DNA of 63,371 nucleotides, counting the filler, from Octopus bimaculoides (taxonomy: Eukaryota): NCBI RefSeq assembly GCF_001194135.2. It is 6 parts of 5 records of this genome, joined end to end, with 100 filler letters (N's around TTAATTAATTAA, not from the genome) between each part and the next. Parts side by side here need not be neighbours in the genome. Positions count along the whole stretch, not along the records: positions 14,580 to 43,858 come from NC_068997.1; 5 more parts are not named here. One strand, 5' to 3'. Below the pieces are notes generated by a model. It saw nothing but the letters and a program-made list of their open reading frames with translations, was not told the DNA's origin and ran no database searches. The translations under genes and the position numbers were made by a program. Positions 27,068-41,446 of this stretch are shown piece by piece (position 1 is the stretch's first letter; each line of letters starts with the position of its first letter).

Positions 27068-27309
27068 CAGCGGGTTGCAAAAGTAAGTATACAGTAAGTA
27101 TCACCTGAGTGTTATAATATTTTATTCATTAAAATGATTAGCATATTAAATTCGTTAGCCTCATTTTTAATATTTTCAGTATCATTAATCATAATAATAC
27201 ATTTATCATAACTATAATACTTTTATCGCAAATTTTAATTTCTTTGATAAAAATAAATGAGTATTGTATATGTTTTCTTTTTTCATAACTGTATACCTAA
27301 TTTTGTACC
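27068..27309. mobile_element. Tc1-type MITE (copy 2 of the 19971 family), right end lost in a gap
   Basis: TA-CAGCGGGTTGCAAAAGTAAGTATACAGT...TTAGCATATTAAATT.GTTAGCCTCATTT...ACTGTATACCTAATTTTGTACC. The interior is colinear with 19971-20193. Confidence 0.8.
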
Positions 27310-27735
27310 NNNNNNNNNNNNNNNNNNNNNNNNNNNNNNNNNNNNNNNNNNNNNNNNNNNNNNNNNNNNNNNNNNNNNNNNNNNNNNNNNNNNNNNNNNN
27401 NNNNNNNNNNNNNNNNNNNNNNNNNNNNNNNNNNNNNNNNNNNNNNNNNNNNNNNNNNNNNNNNNNNNNNNNNNNNNNNNNNNNNNNNNNNNNNNNNNNN
27501 NNNNNNNNNNNNNNNNNNNNNNNNNNNNNNNNNNNNNNNNNNNNNNNNNNNNNNNNNNNNNNNNNNNNNNNNNNNNNNNNNNNNNNNNNNNNNNNNNNNN
27601 NNNNNNNNNNNNNNNNNNNNNNNNNNNNNNNNNNNNNNNNNNNNNNNNNNNNNNNNNNNNNNNNNNNNNNNNNNNNNNNNNNNNNNNNNNNNNNNNNNNN
27701 NNNNNNNNNNNNNNNNNNNNNNNNNNNNNNNNNNN

Positions 27736-27781
<46 letters not shown>

Positions 27782-28011
27782 TACATACATACATACACAC
27801 ACATACTCACACACACTAATGATATTATGTTGATATCCATTTCTTTATATTTTCTTCTCATTCTGACCATTGCCGTTTCCCTTTGCTTTGCTGTCTGCCT
27901 CTCTGTTTGAAGGCAACTTATCAAAATAATGACCGAGAGGAAAAGGAGATTATATCACTTTTCTACCGTAAAATTCGAATACATTTTTGTGACAAATAGA
28001 ATAGTCTAGGC

Positions 28012-28312
28012 CAGGGGTTTTCAAACTGTGGTCCACAAGGACAAGACAGGGGATCCGCAAGGACAAGACAGGGGGTCCGTGGACAGCAAATACTTTTTAT
28101 GGGCAATTTGATTTTATATATGTTTTTTAATCGAAATCTTTTAATTGACAATAGACCTATTTGTTAAATACTGTTAAATAAATAAATGTAAAAATATATG
28201 TTATTTTAAGCAAATATTTATGTATAAATTTCATAAACGTTTATAAGGGGGTCCCTAAGGTAAAGCCTGAAATATAAAGGGGTCCGCAAGTCAAAAAGTT
28301 TGAAAGCCCCTG
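28012..28312. mobile_element. hAT (Charlie-like) MITE, 301 bp, with perfect 8-bp TSD
   Basis: TIRs CAGGGGTTTTCAAACT / AGTTTGAAAGCCCCTG (15 of 16 match). TSD GTCTAGGC at 28004-28011 and 28313-28320. Internal duplication of about 22 bp (CAAGGACAAGACAGGGG.TCCG x2). Confidence 0.95.
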
Positions 28313-28419
28313 GTCTAGGCAATAATAAATATGGCGACCAATGATGTGTTGTTGACGGTCTTGTAGATGTAGAGCAATATCTCATTTCGTGACTAACGGG
28401 ACAATACTTAGATGAAGAT

Positions 28420-30087
<1,668 letters not shown>

Positions 30088-30636
30088 NNNNNNNNNNNNN
30101 NNNNNNNNNNNNNNNNNNNNNNNNNNNNNNNNNNNNNNNNNNNNNNNNNNNNNNNNNNNNNNNNNNNNNNNNNNNNNNNNNNNNNNNNNNNNNNNNNNNN
30201 NNNNNNNNNNNNNNNNNNNNNNNNNNNNNNNNNNNNNNNNNNNNNNNNNNNNNNNNNNNNNNNNNNNNNNNNNNNNNNNNNNNNNNNNNNNNNNNNNNNN
30301 NNNNNNNNNNNNNNNNNNNNNNNNNNNNNNNNNNNNNNNNNNNNNNNNNNNNNNNNNNNNNNNNNNNNNNNNNNNNNNNNNNNNNNNNNNNNNNNNNNNN
30401 NNNNNNNNNNNNNNNNNNNNNNNNNNNNNNNNNNNNNNNNNNNNNNNNNNNNNNNNNNNNNNNNNNNNNNNNNNNNNNNNNNNNNNNNNNNNNNNNNNNN
30501 NNNNNNNNNNNNNNNNNNNNNNNNNNNNNNNNNNNNNNNNNNNNNNNNNNNNNNNNNNNNNNNNNNNNNNNNNNNNNNNNNNNNNNNNNNNNNNNNNNNN
30601 NNNNNNNNNNNNNNNNNNNNNNNNNNNNNNNNNNNN

Positions 30637-31015
30637 TCACTGGTACTTAATTTATCGATCTCGAAAAGATGAAAAGCAAAGTCGACGCCTTTCATCCTTT
30701 TTTGGGGCGATAAAAGAAGTATCAGCTGATCACTGGGGTCAATGTAATCGACTTAAGCTTTTCCCGAAACTTCTGGCCTTCTGCCAAAATTTAAAATCAT
30801 TATCAGCTTTGGTAAGGAGGCGAGATGGCAGGTTCCTTAGCGCGACGGACAAATGCTTAGCGGCATTTTGTCTGTCTTTACCTTCTGAGTTCAAATTCTG
30901 CTGAGGTCGACTTTGCCTTTCATCTCTTCGAGCTCTGTCAAATAAGTACCAGTTGAGCACTAGGGTTGATGTAATCAACTGAACCGTCCCCGCGAAATTA
31001 TTGGCCTGAACCCAA
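30637..31015. mobile_element. Fold-back SINE family 1 chimera (30637-30790) followed by a full plus-strand copy (about 30817-31015)
   Basis: A minus-oriented half ending at GTCGAC (30681-30686) joins directly to a plus-oriented half (GCCTTTCATCC...). A complete copy with head GGCGAGATGGCAG and GTTCAAATTC follows. Confidence 0.8.
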
Positions 31016-31662
31016 TGTTTATAGACATGCCTTCCCTTGATGCATAAAATCTTTGATGAAGAATGAAGTATGGTTGTTTGAACAAGGAACTGCAGCTAGG
31101 TAGAAGACTGTCTGGTCTCACTTGAGTCTTACTTTTAAGTCTACAGTAGTTAACACTGATATACCAACAATAGAAATCTGTTGAGGAACTAATGAGATCA
31201 TGAGTCCGTGTTCACGAAGTAGTGCATCGGAAAGTATCTGAAGTTCTAAATCATTCTTGCGTTCATACTAAAAATATAATTAAATAATAAACTGAGGGAA
31301 AATAATCTTCGCCCCCTTTCTTCTCTTTTTCTTTGGTCATTCGTCTTTTGCCTGTCGTAACTTGATTAAAAAATTTAATCTAACAACATACACTCAGAAA
31401 CAAAGATGAATCGCTTGAAATCGTATTATGTACAGAAACAGTCTAAATATTGTATGTTCACATTTGCATTCGAGCAGTGGATTCAACAAGGCTATTCAAC
31501 CTCATACAGCAAACCTCAAATGCCACTGATATGAATATATAATATCAGTAACAGTTTTTGTTGTTTGAAACTTAAGAGAGAACTGGGTCAATTTTTGCTT
31601 ATGATTGATGTAAATTCAGTTTTACACAGCATTGTTATATTTGTCGTTTCCCTTTTTTAAAC

Positions 31663-31815
31663 AGGCGTGGTTGTAATGTAAGAAGTTTACTTCCTAACTA
31701 CACGGCTCCGAGTTCAGTCTCAATGCGCCACACCTTGGGCAAGCGCCTCCTACCATAACATCGGGCCGATGAATTTTCTGAGTGTGGACAGAAGCGTAAA
31801 GAAGCTCGCCGTTTG
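31663..31815 (+). mobile_element. tRNA-SINE family 2 (CORE-like block)
   Basis: AGGCGTGGTTGT...GAGTTCAGTCTCAATGCGCCACACCTTGGGCAAGCGCCTCCTACCATA...GAAGCTCGCCGT. Related copies at about 5645-5720(-), 11195-11280(-), 19575-19716(-), 32947-33106(+) and 61741-61884(-). Confidence 0.75.
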
Positions 31816-32786
31816 TGTATATGTGACTATATATATATATATATATATTCAGGTGAATATGGTATTTGAGTTTAGGCAACCGAGTTTATTATGGTATTAT
31901 CCATACAGTTTCAAAATAAGGTGATTAAAATCAAAATAAGCTACTTGGAGAGTTTAGATTTAATTATAAAAATATATCTTTTTGTTTAAATGTAATTTCA
32001 TTAAATTTTTATATCTTTGTGCAACTGAAGATTGCTCTACATTTTATATTTGATGTAATGTTTACATTGCTCAATTAAATGGAGTTGCATGAAATGATCG
32101 TACTGCATTAACTTTGGATATCCTTGTTGCTTATTTTGATTATNNNNNNNNNNNNNNNNNNNNNNNNNNNNNNNNNNNNNNNNNNNNNNNNNNNNNNNNN
32201 NNNNNNNNNNNNNNNNNNNNNNNNNNNNNNNNNNNNNNNNNNNNNNNNNNNNNNNNNNNNNNNNNNNNNNNNNNNNNNNNNNNNNNNNNNNNNNNNNNNN
32301 NNNNNNNNNNNNNNNNNNNNNNNNNNNNNNNNNNNNNNNNNNNNNNNNNNNNNNNNNNNNNNNNNNNNNNNNNNNNNNNNNNNNNNNNNNNNNNNNNNNN
32401 NNNNNNNNNNNNNNNNNNNNNNNNNNNNNNNNNNNNNNNNNNNNNNNNNNNNNNNNNNNNNNNNNNNNNNNNNNNNNNNNNNNNNNNNNNNNNNNNNNNN
32501 NNNNNNNNNNNNNNNNNNNNNNNNNNNNNNNNNNNNNNNNNNNNNNNNNNNNNNNNNNNNNNNNNNNNNNNNNNNNNNNNNNNNNNNNNNNNNNNNNNNN
32601 NNNNNNNNNNNNNNNNNNNNNNNNNNNNNNNNNNNNNNNNNNNNNNNNNNNNNNNNNNNNNNNNNNNNNNNNNNNNNNNNNNNNNNNNNNNNNNNNNNNN
32701 NNNNNNNNNNNNNNNNNNNNNNNNNNNNNNNNNNNNNNNNNNNNNNNNNNNNNNNNNNNNNNNNNNNNNNNNNNNNNNNNNNNNNN

Positions 32787-32907
32787 NCACCACCACCATC
32801 ACCTCCACCACCATCGCCTCCACCACTATCACCTCCACCACCATCACCACCTCCACCATCACCACCTCCACCACCTCCACCACCACCACCATCACAAGCC
32901 GCCGTCG

Positions 32908-32946
<39 letters not shown>
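32787..32946. repeat. (CAC/CAT) and (CTA)n microsatellite
   Basis: Read directly from the sequence. Confidence 0.9.
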
Positions 32947-35003
32947 AGGCGTGGTCATGCTCGACCAGTTAAGTAATTCGCAAACACGCAGTTCCAGGGT
33001 TTACTTTCCATTGTCTGGCACCTGGTCTTCTGTTGAAGCCTCAAATTCACCAAAACCTTGTGAGTGGAATTTGCTAGACGAAACCCTCCAGAAGCCCGAT
33101 GCATATTTCCAAATAGGTTCTGGAGTTATCGCTTACGCGGAATATGGCTTGGTTATTTGAAATAAAGGACTTAGATTATTGGGATTACGAGTCAATATGC
33201 TTTGTTAAAGAAAATGAATCCATTAGAACGCATTTCGTTTTGCCCCGAACACATGACGGACTCGAAAGCCAAATGGTTGAGGGTCTTACGCAGATATAGG
33301 TAGAAATAAAGTCGCATAAACACAAACGTATGAGTGAGGTAACTGTAGCGGTAGTGATATAGGAGATGTAGGTAGTGGTGTTAAAATAAGGGAGTGTCTC
33401 AATGAAGCTAGCAATGGTGTATAGAGAAGAAAATATATTCGGAAGCTTTGAACTGTCGCACATGAAATTTGGTTTCCTCCTGTAAATTTCAAGCATATTT
33501 TGATGGGAAAAAACCCCAGTGACAAATAGAAAATTTATAAAGATTTCAAACTGAAGGAGACACCGAAGTTATTGCTGATTGATTTTATGAAAGTGGTGCT
33601 CTACTTTGTGTGATTGTGTATGAGATGAAATATACTGAAATATATTGTACAATATAGACGATCATAAATATTAGATGTTATTTTTCAATTCAAGAGACAC
33701 AGAAGGTTGTATAAGACAAAGAAACAGTAAGGGACATTTTTCTCGAGTATTCCACATGTATTTACAAGGCGTCATATGGTATAGCTGCATATTATTCAAA
33801 AATAAATTAATGTCATTGGATGAAACAATGTAAGATAGAGCTGACTAAGGTTTACAGAGAAATATGTCATGTTTATTGTGAGAGGACATGGGGTATTTTA
33901 AAATACAAACAACAAACTAAAAGAGAAAAAAATATGATTGCTGTTTGGATGGTAAGATTATGGTAACGAAACTTCAAAACTATTAATAATTATTCAACAT
34001 TTCATGAATGATATTTCACCGAACACAATGCACAAAAAGTCACGTTCGTGGTCATCATATTTAATGTATCGCCTGGAAATACAATTAGTTGCTAATAGTT
34101 TATGAGACGAGGAGGAGAAAAAACCAGATCAATGAATAACTATTGTAGCAATATAAGATGAGTAGGTTCGATTAGCAAATCCGAATGTCGTTCTGGTTTA
34201 ACCTTCTTTGTATTTGGCAGATTAGTGAAAAGAAATCAGTATAATAATACACGTTAATGTACAAGAATAAGCAACAGACGTAATAGTAACCGCTGTGAGA
34301 ATTTTATAAAATCTCTGTATGAGCAAATGACGAAATTATTTAAGGGATTCTGCGGATGTTAGAATCGGAAGTTTTCTACATTTATTTTTCTTTTTGTCTT
34401 CTAGTGTGTGAAAACTAACCAAATTCGTGACGGCACTTCAGTAAGAAATTGGAAATTCTACTCATTTTCATACAATCTAGAGAGCGTAACATTTTTTCAC
34501 AATTATTTACTTTGACGTACCAAAATATGACAAACTTTTAAGGAACCAGATAAAGTATCGGAGTAATGAGGAAAAAGTTGAAGCGATATTATGTTTGTGC
34601 AGTGTATACAAGAGAAAAGTTACCTATATGCAAAAGGCTGAGTGGGAGCAATGAATTGATTGTTCTTTCAGAATTTTGAGCAAACGTAAAACGATTTTTG
34701 AAACATTGTCCAAAGTGGTCACGCGTGTAAACATGGATAAAGACGTTTGACAGGAAATTGGTACTCTTTACAATTTACAAATAACATCATAATACAAAGA
34801 ATCAAGGATTTACTTTTTCGAACCATTGTTAAGTATAATAAATTCGAGTAATAAATACAAGTTTTACATACATACATGCATATANNNNNNNNNNNNNNNN
34901 NNNNNNNNNNNNNNNNNNNNNNNNNNNNNNNNNNNNNNNNNNNNNNNNNNNNNNNNNNNNNNNNNNNNNNNNNNNNNNNNNNNNNNNNNNNNNNNNNNNN
35001 NNN

Positions 35004-35051
<48 letters not shown>

Positions 35052-35872
35052 TGTGTATACATACGTATATGTAAGTATGTTTGTATGCTTAAACAATTGC
35101 GTGCATACATACATATACAAATTCATATACATACGTGGTGTCACCATTTGAAAAAAGGTAAACTACAGAATAGATCTTCTTTAAATAGCGTTAATAAGGT
35201 TTAGAAATGTAACTCAGTTAAAAGGGAAGTATGGCAGACTGTTTTAACCGTATAATACATATTTGATACAAAAGTAGAGGGCAACAAGGTGCAAAAGGCA
35301 CAATAGAAGCGTAAGAATGAAAAGAGAAAATCATGTTAGACGCATTAAACAATCCACAGTATGAAAATACAAAGAGTACATTGATGCAAGAATAATTTCA
35401 AAGTTAGGTACAAAGCCATGAATGTAATGGGGTGAAGGAAATGAGACTGTCTGACATTTATGTTTTTTTCAATATCATTAGTGGCGTGATCGGAGTGAAT
35501 TCTTTCTAACTAAGAACCAAAACATACTCACAAACTCGGAACAATGAGGATTAGGTTTATTCTAAGGTATTTGGCACATATGAACTTGGTATTCATTCAG
35601 TTTGACTCCGCCAAAAATAAAGACGAAATAACTCCATTTCTCGAAAGATGTAAGGAAATGGCATATTCTTTAATGGAATTTGATACCGAGAAAAGTGTTT
35701 TACATGCCATCACTTGTGATTTAATATGCCTGTAGCTAAAACAAAAATATTAAGACATTGAAAATACAATTAGCAAGACTACAGCTAACATCATGGCGGA
35801 ATGCATGTCTATGAAGTTAACAAGTTCGGTGGAAATCAAGCGGTTTTGTCATTTCAGACAGGAGTATCTTAC

Positions 35873-36065
35873 CATACACATGAGGCGGGGGACCGAAGTT
35901 TTGTAAATAAAACCGGCTTTGACAGAGTCGATGCAGGGAGTTGTTCGGACGGGCTCTTCTCTGATTTTAGTTGGCAAACTTGATCCTTCACGCAGCCCAT
36001 AATCCTGCAAGCTTTCTAACCAAATCTCTACTTTCTTTCTTCGTTACTCGTTCATCATGGAATCC
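35873..36065 (-). other. Candidate 193-nt exon with canonical splice sites, possibly containing a start codon (MGCVKDQ...)
   Basis: Acceptor TTAATCTACTTACAG| at 36066 and donor ATG|GTAAGA at 35872. ATG at 36000 in attATGg context opens MGCVKDQVCQLKSEKSPSEQLPASTLSKPVLFTKLRSPASCV. No homology recognised. Confidence 0.25.
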
Positions 36066-36618
36066 CTGTAAGTAGATTAACGAAACACTACCCGTCTTCC
36101 TCTAAGTATGCCTTGTTAGGTGTAAACAACTATAATACTTCGAAATTGTCAATGGAATTATAAGCATGCAGGTTCAATTTCCATTCTGCCTGAGGCAAAT
36201 GTCCTGCAACGAATATGATTCCTAATCCAAAATTAATTTTCCTCGATAGATTTACACTTCAAAAACTAAAGATAAGTAGGGCTGGTGCGTAACTTAAACA
36301 ACTATGTCTGAAAATAAAGAACGGTTAATCATATTTAATTTATGCCCTCAAAATTCGACTAAGGTGTGTAGTCATTTAATCAACCCATATACTTTATTGG
36401 TACTTATCCTCTTGAGTTTTATGGGATGAAAAAATTGAATCTGCAGAGGAAAATTGATGATCCCTAACTACATACTGCAAGAGACTCAATCCAAATATTG
36501 AGCAACTTGAGATCAAATATATATATATATATATATACAGGGTGTCCACAAGCTTATGTAATCTTAGATATACTGTGCGTGAATAGTAAAAAATACGAGG
36601 TAGTTTTATAATGGAATA

Positions 36619-36827
36619 CAGTAACCCGTGACAATCGCGGGTGTTACGTTCCAAACCCCTTTCCCCGCGATAGGTGGAAATTCGCGAAGTAGAAAAAGTA
36701 CTGTTCTGTATTTTTAAAATTAATTTTATAATTTGTATATATTTATTTTGTTATAAATGCAAAACAGCACCACGAAGGAATCGACGCAAGCTTAAATAAT
36801 AAACCACGATAAGGCGAGAGATTACTG
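36619..36827. mobile_element. Tigger/pogo-like MITE
   Basis: TA-CAGTAACCCGTGACAATCGCGG...CCACGATAAGGCGAGAGATTACTG-TA; imperfect CAGTA TIRs with TA duplication. Confidence 0.75.
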
Positions 36828-36849
36828 TACCTTTCGTTCTAAGTCTGTT

Positions 36850-37040
36850 TAAGGTGGTGAACTAGTAAAATCTTTAGCAATATTTCTCCCGAGTCTTTAG
36901 GTTTTGAGTTCAAGCTGCGAGGTCGGCTTGCCTGTCATCCTTTCGAAGTCGATAAAATAAGTACCAGTTGAGTACTGGAGTCGATGGAATCGATCGACCT
37001 CTTTCTTCAAAATTGCTAGTCTTGTTCCAAAATTGGAAAG
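36850..37040 (+). mobile_element. tRNA-SINE family 1 copy, decayed
   Basis: GAGTTCAAG..GAGGTCGGCTTGCCTGTCATCCTTTCGAAGTCGATAAAATAAGTACCAGTTGAGTACTGG. Confidence 0.75.
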
Positions 37041-38057
37041 CATTTTAGGTCATCAAGTGAAGCTACAGAACAGAAAATAAAATGGTCTGTTTTTCCGATA
37101 GAAACAGCCGCCAAACACGTACATATTTCATCCTAACGATTACCAAACCGAGGGCTACATTAAACAATGTAGTTCTAGATAAACTTCATGCTGTAAAAAC
37201 GACGAGATGTTAAATGAATATTTCAGAGTCTATAACTATTTCAGCTGCTAAGTTTAAATAACAAAAACAAACTAAACATTCGTTGTGCTTAAAAAAAAAA
37301 GATTAAAGCCACATAATCTTCAAATATTACTCTGCTGTATTCAAATGGAAATAAGATATTAAGTAAATTAATTCCCAAAATGCAGGTTTAAAAAAGAAAC
37401 AGGAGGGTTGAGGTCTATTTCAGCAAGACTGAGTTGGGATTGAAAAGGAAAAACAAAAATCCTGTGTCTCTTAAGAAGGCGATAGTTTACAGAACTCACT
37501 ATTTCTCATAATCATTCAATCATTATCAGAGAAGTAAACAACTTTACTTTTCTTTTCGTAGTTACCTTAAAAATAAGGTGACTTCAGTACTTTAATATAA
37601 CATGTGTACTCATGCGGAGTTGTCGTATGAACCTAATTGAATTACATGTTATATGGGAATGCAAAATCCCCTACCGTTCTCTATCCATCTCACATACATA
37701 GGTACAGGTGCAGGGTTTGTAAAAAGCAGTCGGCCCCAACCAATACGATGTTCAAATCCGTTAATGAAACATGAATTCGTATTTCACATTCATTATATGT
37801 GATATATTTTCTGTTTTGCATGGTCCTTCAAGTATTTAGGTATCATGTGGATTTTATTCATACCCATCTACATATTGGCAAATACATAGTATCACGCACA
37901 TATATACGCATACCTGCACGTCAGTAATTTCTTATCAAGAAGGAACGTAACTATGTTTGTATGAAAGCATATGTGTATACACACACGCGCACGCTCGCGT
38001 ACACACATAATTATGTATTTATATACAATACATGTATATATGTATACAAATATGTAT

Positions 38058-38112
<55 letters not shown>

Positions 38113-38543
38113 NNNNNNNNNNNNNNNNNNNNNNNNNNNNNNNNNNNNNNNNNNNNNNNNNNNNNNNNNNNNNNNNNNNNNNNNNNNNNNNNNNNNNNNN
38201 NNNNNNNNNNNNNNNNNNNNNNNNNNNNNNNNNNNNNNNNNNNNNNNNNNNNNNNNNNNNNNNNNNNNNNNNNNNNNNNNNNNNNNNNNNNNNNNNNNNN
38301 NNNNNNNNNNNNNNNNNNNNNNNNNNNNNNNNNNNNNNNNNNNNNNNNNNNNNNNNNNNNNNNNNNNNNNNNNNNNNNNNNNNNNNNNNNNNNNNNNNNN
38401 NNNNNNNNNNNNNNNNNNNNNNNNNNNNNNNNNNNNNNNNNNNNNNNNNNNNNNNNNNNNNNNNNNNNNNNNNNNNNNNNNNNNNNNNNNNNNNNNNNNN
38501 NNNNNNNNNNNNNNNNNNNNNNNNNNNNNNNNNNNNNNNNNNN

Positions 38544-38636
<93 letters not shown>

Positions 38637-38911
38637 CATATATACACGTACAAAAACGCACCCAAACACATATATGTGTAATGAAAAATAATGCGTGAGA
38701 TGTAGAATAGAGAGGATGATGTACACTGCGTAAATGTATATGTGTTTAGAAGAAGAAAAAACCCAGTGAAGCGAATTTAGTTTCAACGAAGTGAGAGCTA
38801 AAAGTTTGAAAGGAACTTGTTCCACTAACAGACTTAATTAACATCACAAACAAACGAAACGAATCAATTTCATTGGTGAAAAGATTTTCACGATAGGCGA
38901 GCTGATATCAC

Positions 38912-38987
<76 letters not shown>

Positions 38988-40934
38988 TATAGCTTTTGTT
39001 TTGCTTTTTCGTACAGTTATCCGCCGGTGCTTATTAAATTCATGATACATTTAGTTTTATATTCCACCCCCAAACATTTCCTTCACTTGGCTGCCTCATA
39101 TCTTTTGTTTTTAAATTCCTATAGACATCCACCTGGAAGGAACATAGGTTGAAAATATTAATTCGTTCAATTTACACGGCTCAATGCGTTCTGTGCGCTC
39201 TAGATTAAACATTACAAAATATCTCCTTTCTACGCTGAATGCTCTCCACTTAGGTTGCTAATTCCACTGAGAAAAGCATGAAGATCAAATCTTCTCATTT
39301 CTTCTCTCTTAGGTTGAGTAGATAAGTTATTGAATTTTTTTTTTTGTGTGTGTGTCTCAAGTGATATGACATCATCTGTCTTCATAACGACGAGTTTGGT
39401 CCTAAGGGCAGACAATCTATTGGTGTTGGACTTTGTCTACAAAAAGAAAAAGAAATCATATTCTTTCCTTTCTGTCTTGCAAAGGTATTACTCGATCAAA
39501 TCGATGCTACTATATTAAAGGTATTCATTTTATGGACACCTGGAGGAATAAAAGGGTAATTTGCCTCCCATGAAAACTTTTGAACACGGATTTACTTACT
39601 GGCGAAAATACTGAGATATTGAGGTAAATGGTTCGATGTCTTCCTCTTTGCGTAACGACACCATTCGTATGCTATGAAATAGTATAAATTTCTCATTTAA
39701 ACACTAAACCACAAATATACAAAAACAGGTGTTAGATTCTGTATAAATGATGCATTCGTCAAGAGTATTAGCTTTACAAGTATAGTGGATTTACATTTAA
39801 CCAGGAAAACCGTATAACATGCAACTATATCGAGGAAATCTCGTGTTACAGCTGATATATATAGTCAAATGGGTGGGGAGTCAAATATAATGTAAGCACA
39901 TTCCAATTTCAGACCGAATAGGCACATCAAAATTAAAATAAAGATATGCATTCACATTGAAGCTGCTAGTGCATTCACCTACAATCAGAAAAACAAAATC
40001 ATTATTGATATAGAAGCACTAGCTAATTAATTAACTTGATTTATATTGAAATTTATTCATAACTGTAGACGCTAATGAAAGCTCTTTTCACTCGCCTCAC
40101 AGCTTTATCTTCACAGAGCAATATTTAATTGAAACAGATACCTGTATTTCAGTGGCGTCAATAGAAGTGTTTACTACTGGTAAAAATAACTAATAATTTC
40201 TGAGGAACAATTTACCATTAACATGCAGCAGCTGTTGCCCTTCACCTTAATGATAACAGTGTTAGATTCTTCATTCAACAATAATCCTTTATGCCGCTTC
40301 TGATATTGTCAATGTCATTTTTAATCAATACAAATTTTCTCTTGCGTTTTCTACATTAACATCCAAGTGGATGGTTAAGTCAGATTCTAACTGTATTCTG
40401 ACAGTCTGATAATCTCACTGCATTTGTTAAGAATTTAAAACTTTTAGTTGCTTACAATAACCTTACGAATGACAAACCATTTTCCTTTTAGAAAAGAAAT
40501 GAATATATCTGTTACATACAATATCGAAAAGATAGTCTGCTGTATTGTAATAGCAGCAGTTTCTTTTGAGACTTAACTTTTTAATTATTGGTAATCCTAG
40601 CAAATAAATACCAGAGTATGTAACGTGTTTGTGTGTCTGTGTGTGTATATATGTATATATATATATATATATGTCTGTGATATGTAATACCCACATACAT
40701 ATGTGTATGTGTGTGAGTGTGTATGTATGTGTATATATGTATGAATGTATTCTCAAGCATAATCACATTAAGCGACACACAAACTGTAGGAGCTTCCGTT
40801 AGTCTGTTTTCAAACTACATCTACACCAACATGCACAGTCTTGGGCAACATTTTGTGAGGAAGAGTGGCAATTAGCCATATTCGTAAGTCTCTCCATTTC
40901 CTCCCCAATAATAGAAATGCGGGTAAAAGGTGCG

Positions 40935-41040
40935 AAAATAACTGGTACCTATTTTATCGACCCCGAAAGGAGTAAAGGTAAAGTCGACAACGGTGGTATT
41001 TGAACTCAGAACGTAAAGACGGACGAAATGCCGTTAAGCA
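40935..41040 (-). mobile_element. tRNA-SINE family 1 fragment
   Basis: ACTGGTACCTATTTTATCGACCCCGAAAGG...GAACTCAGAACGTAAAGACGGACGAAATGCCG. Confidence 0.8.
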
Positions 41041-41107
41041 CTTGTATTTAAGTTTGCCGTTTTACATTTGGTGTTTTATTATGGCATTTCCTTAATCCTC
41101 AGAGCAC

Positions 41108-41446
41108 TATAAAGGTAAAGACATCCTTCGGTGATGAATGATCATTGGATTGCACCTAGAAAGTTGCCCTCCGAGGCGCAAGTTCAAGCAAAATTGCTTA
41201 TGGAAATCCAACTGTCACCCATGGATGCCAGCCACTTCTCTCCACACCACAAATGTTATTCAAAGGAAAGGCAAATGCCAGTACAGTTCGACACCAGTGA
41301 CGTAGTAACTCATTTCTACAGGTGCGTGAACTGGAGCAACATGAAATAAAGTGTCTTGCTCAAGAATATAACGCACAGCCCGATCCGGGAATCGAACCCA
41401 CTATCTCATGATTGTGAGCCTGACCTTTTAAACACTGAGCCATGCA
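41108..41446 (-). mobile_element. tRNA-SINE family 3, long copy
   Basis: Minus-strand head GCATGGCTCAGTG...GGTTCGATTCCCGG (A/B boxes), then TTCTTGAGCAAGACACTTTATTTCATGTTGCTCCAGTTCAC. Related copies at about 21885-22030(-) and 50050-50338(-). Confidence 0.8.

Noticed and set aside
33120-35735. Purine-rich plus-strand stretch suggestive of an old LINE
   Set aside because: No RT or endonuclease motif could be recovered with confidence.
39230-39436. Minus-strand acceptor plus a 68-codon frame (TKSNTNRLSALRTKL...)
   Set aside because: It contains CACACAC and poly-A low-complexity sequence and shows no homology.
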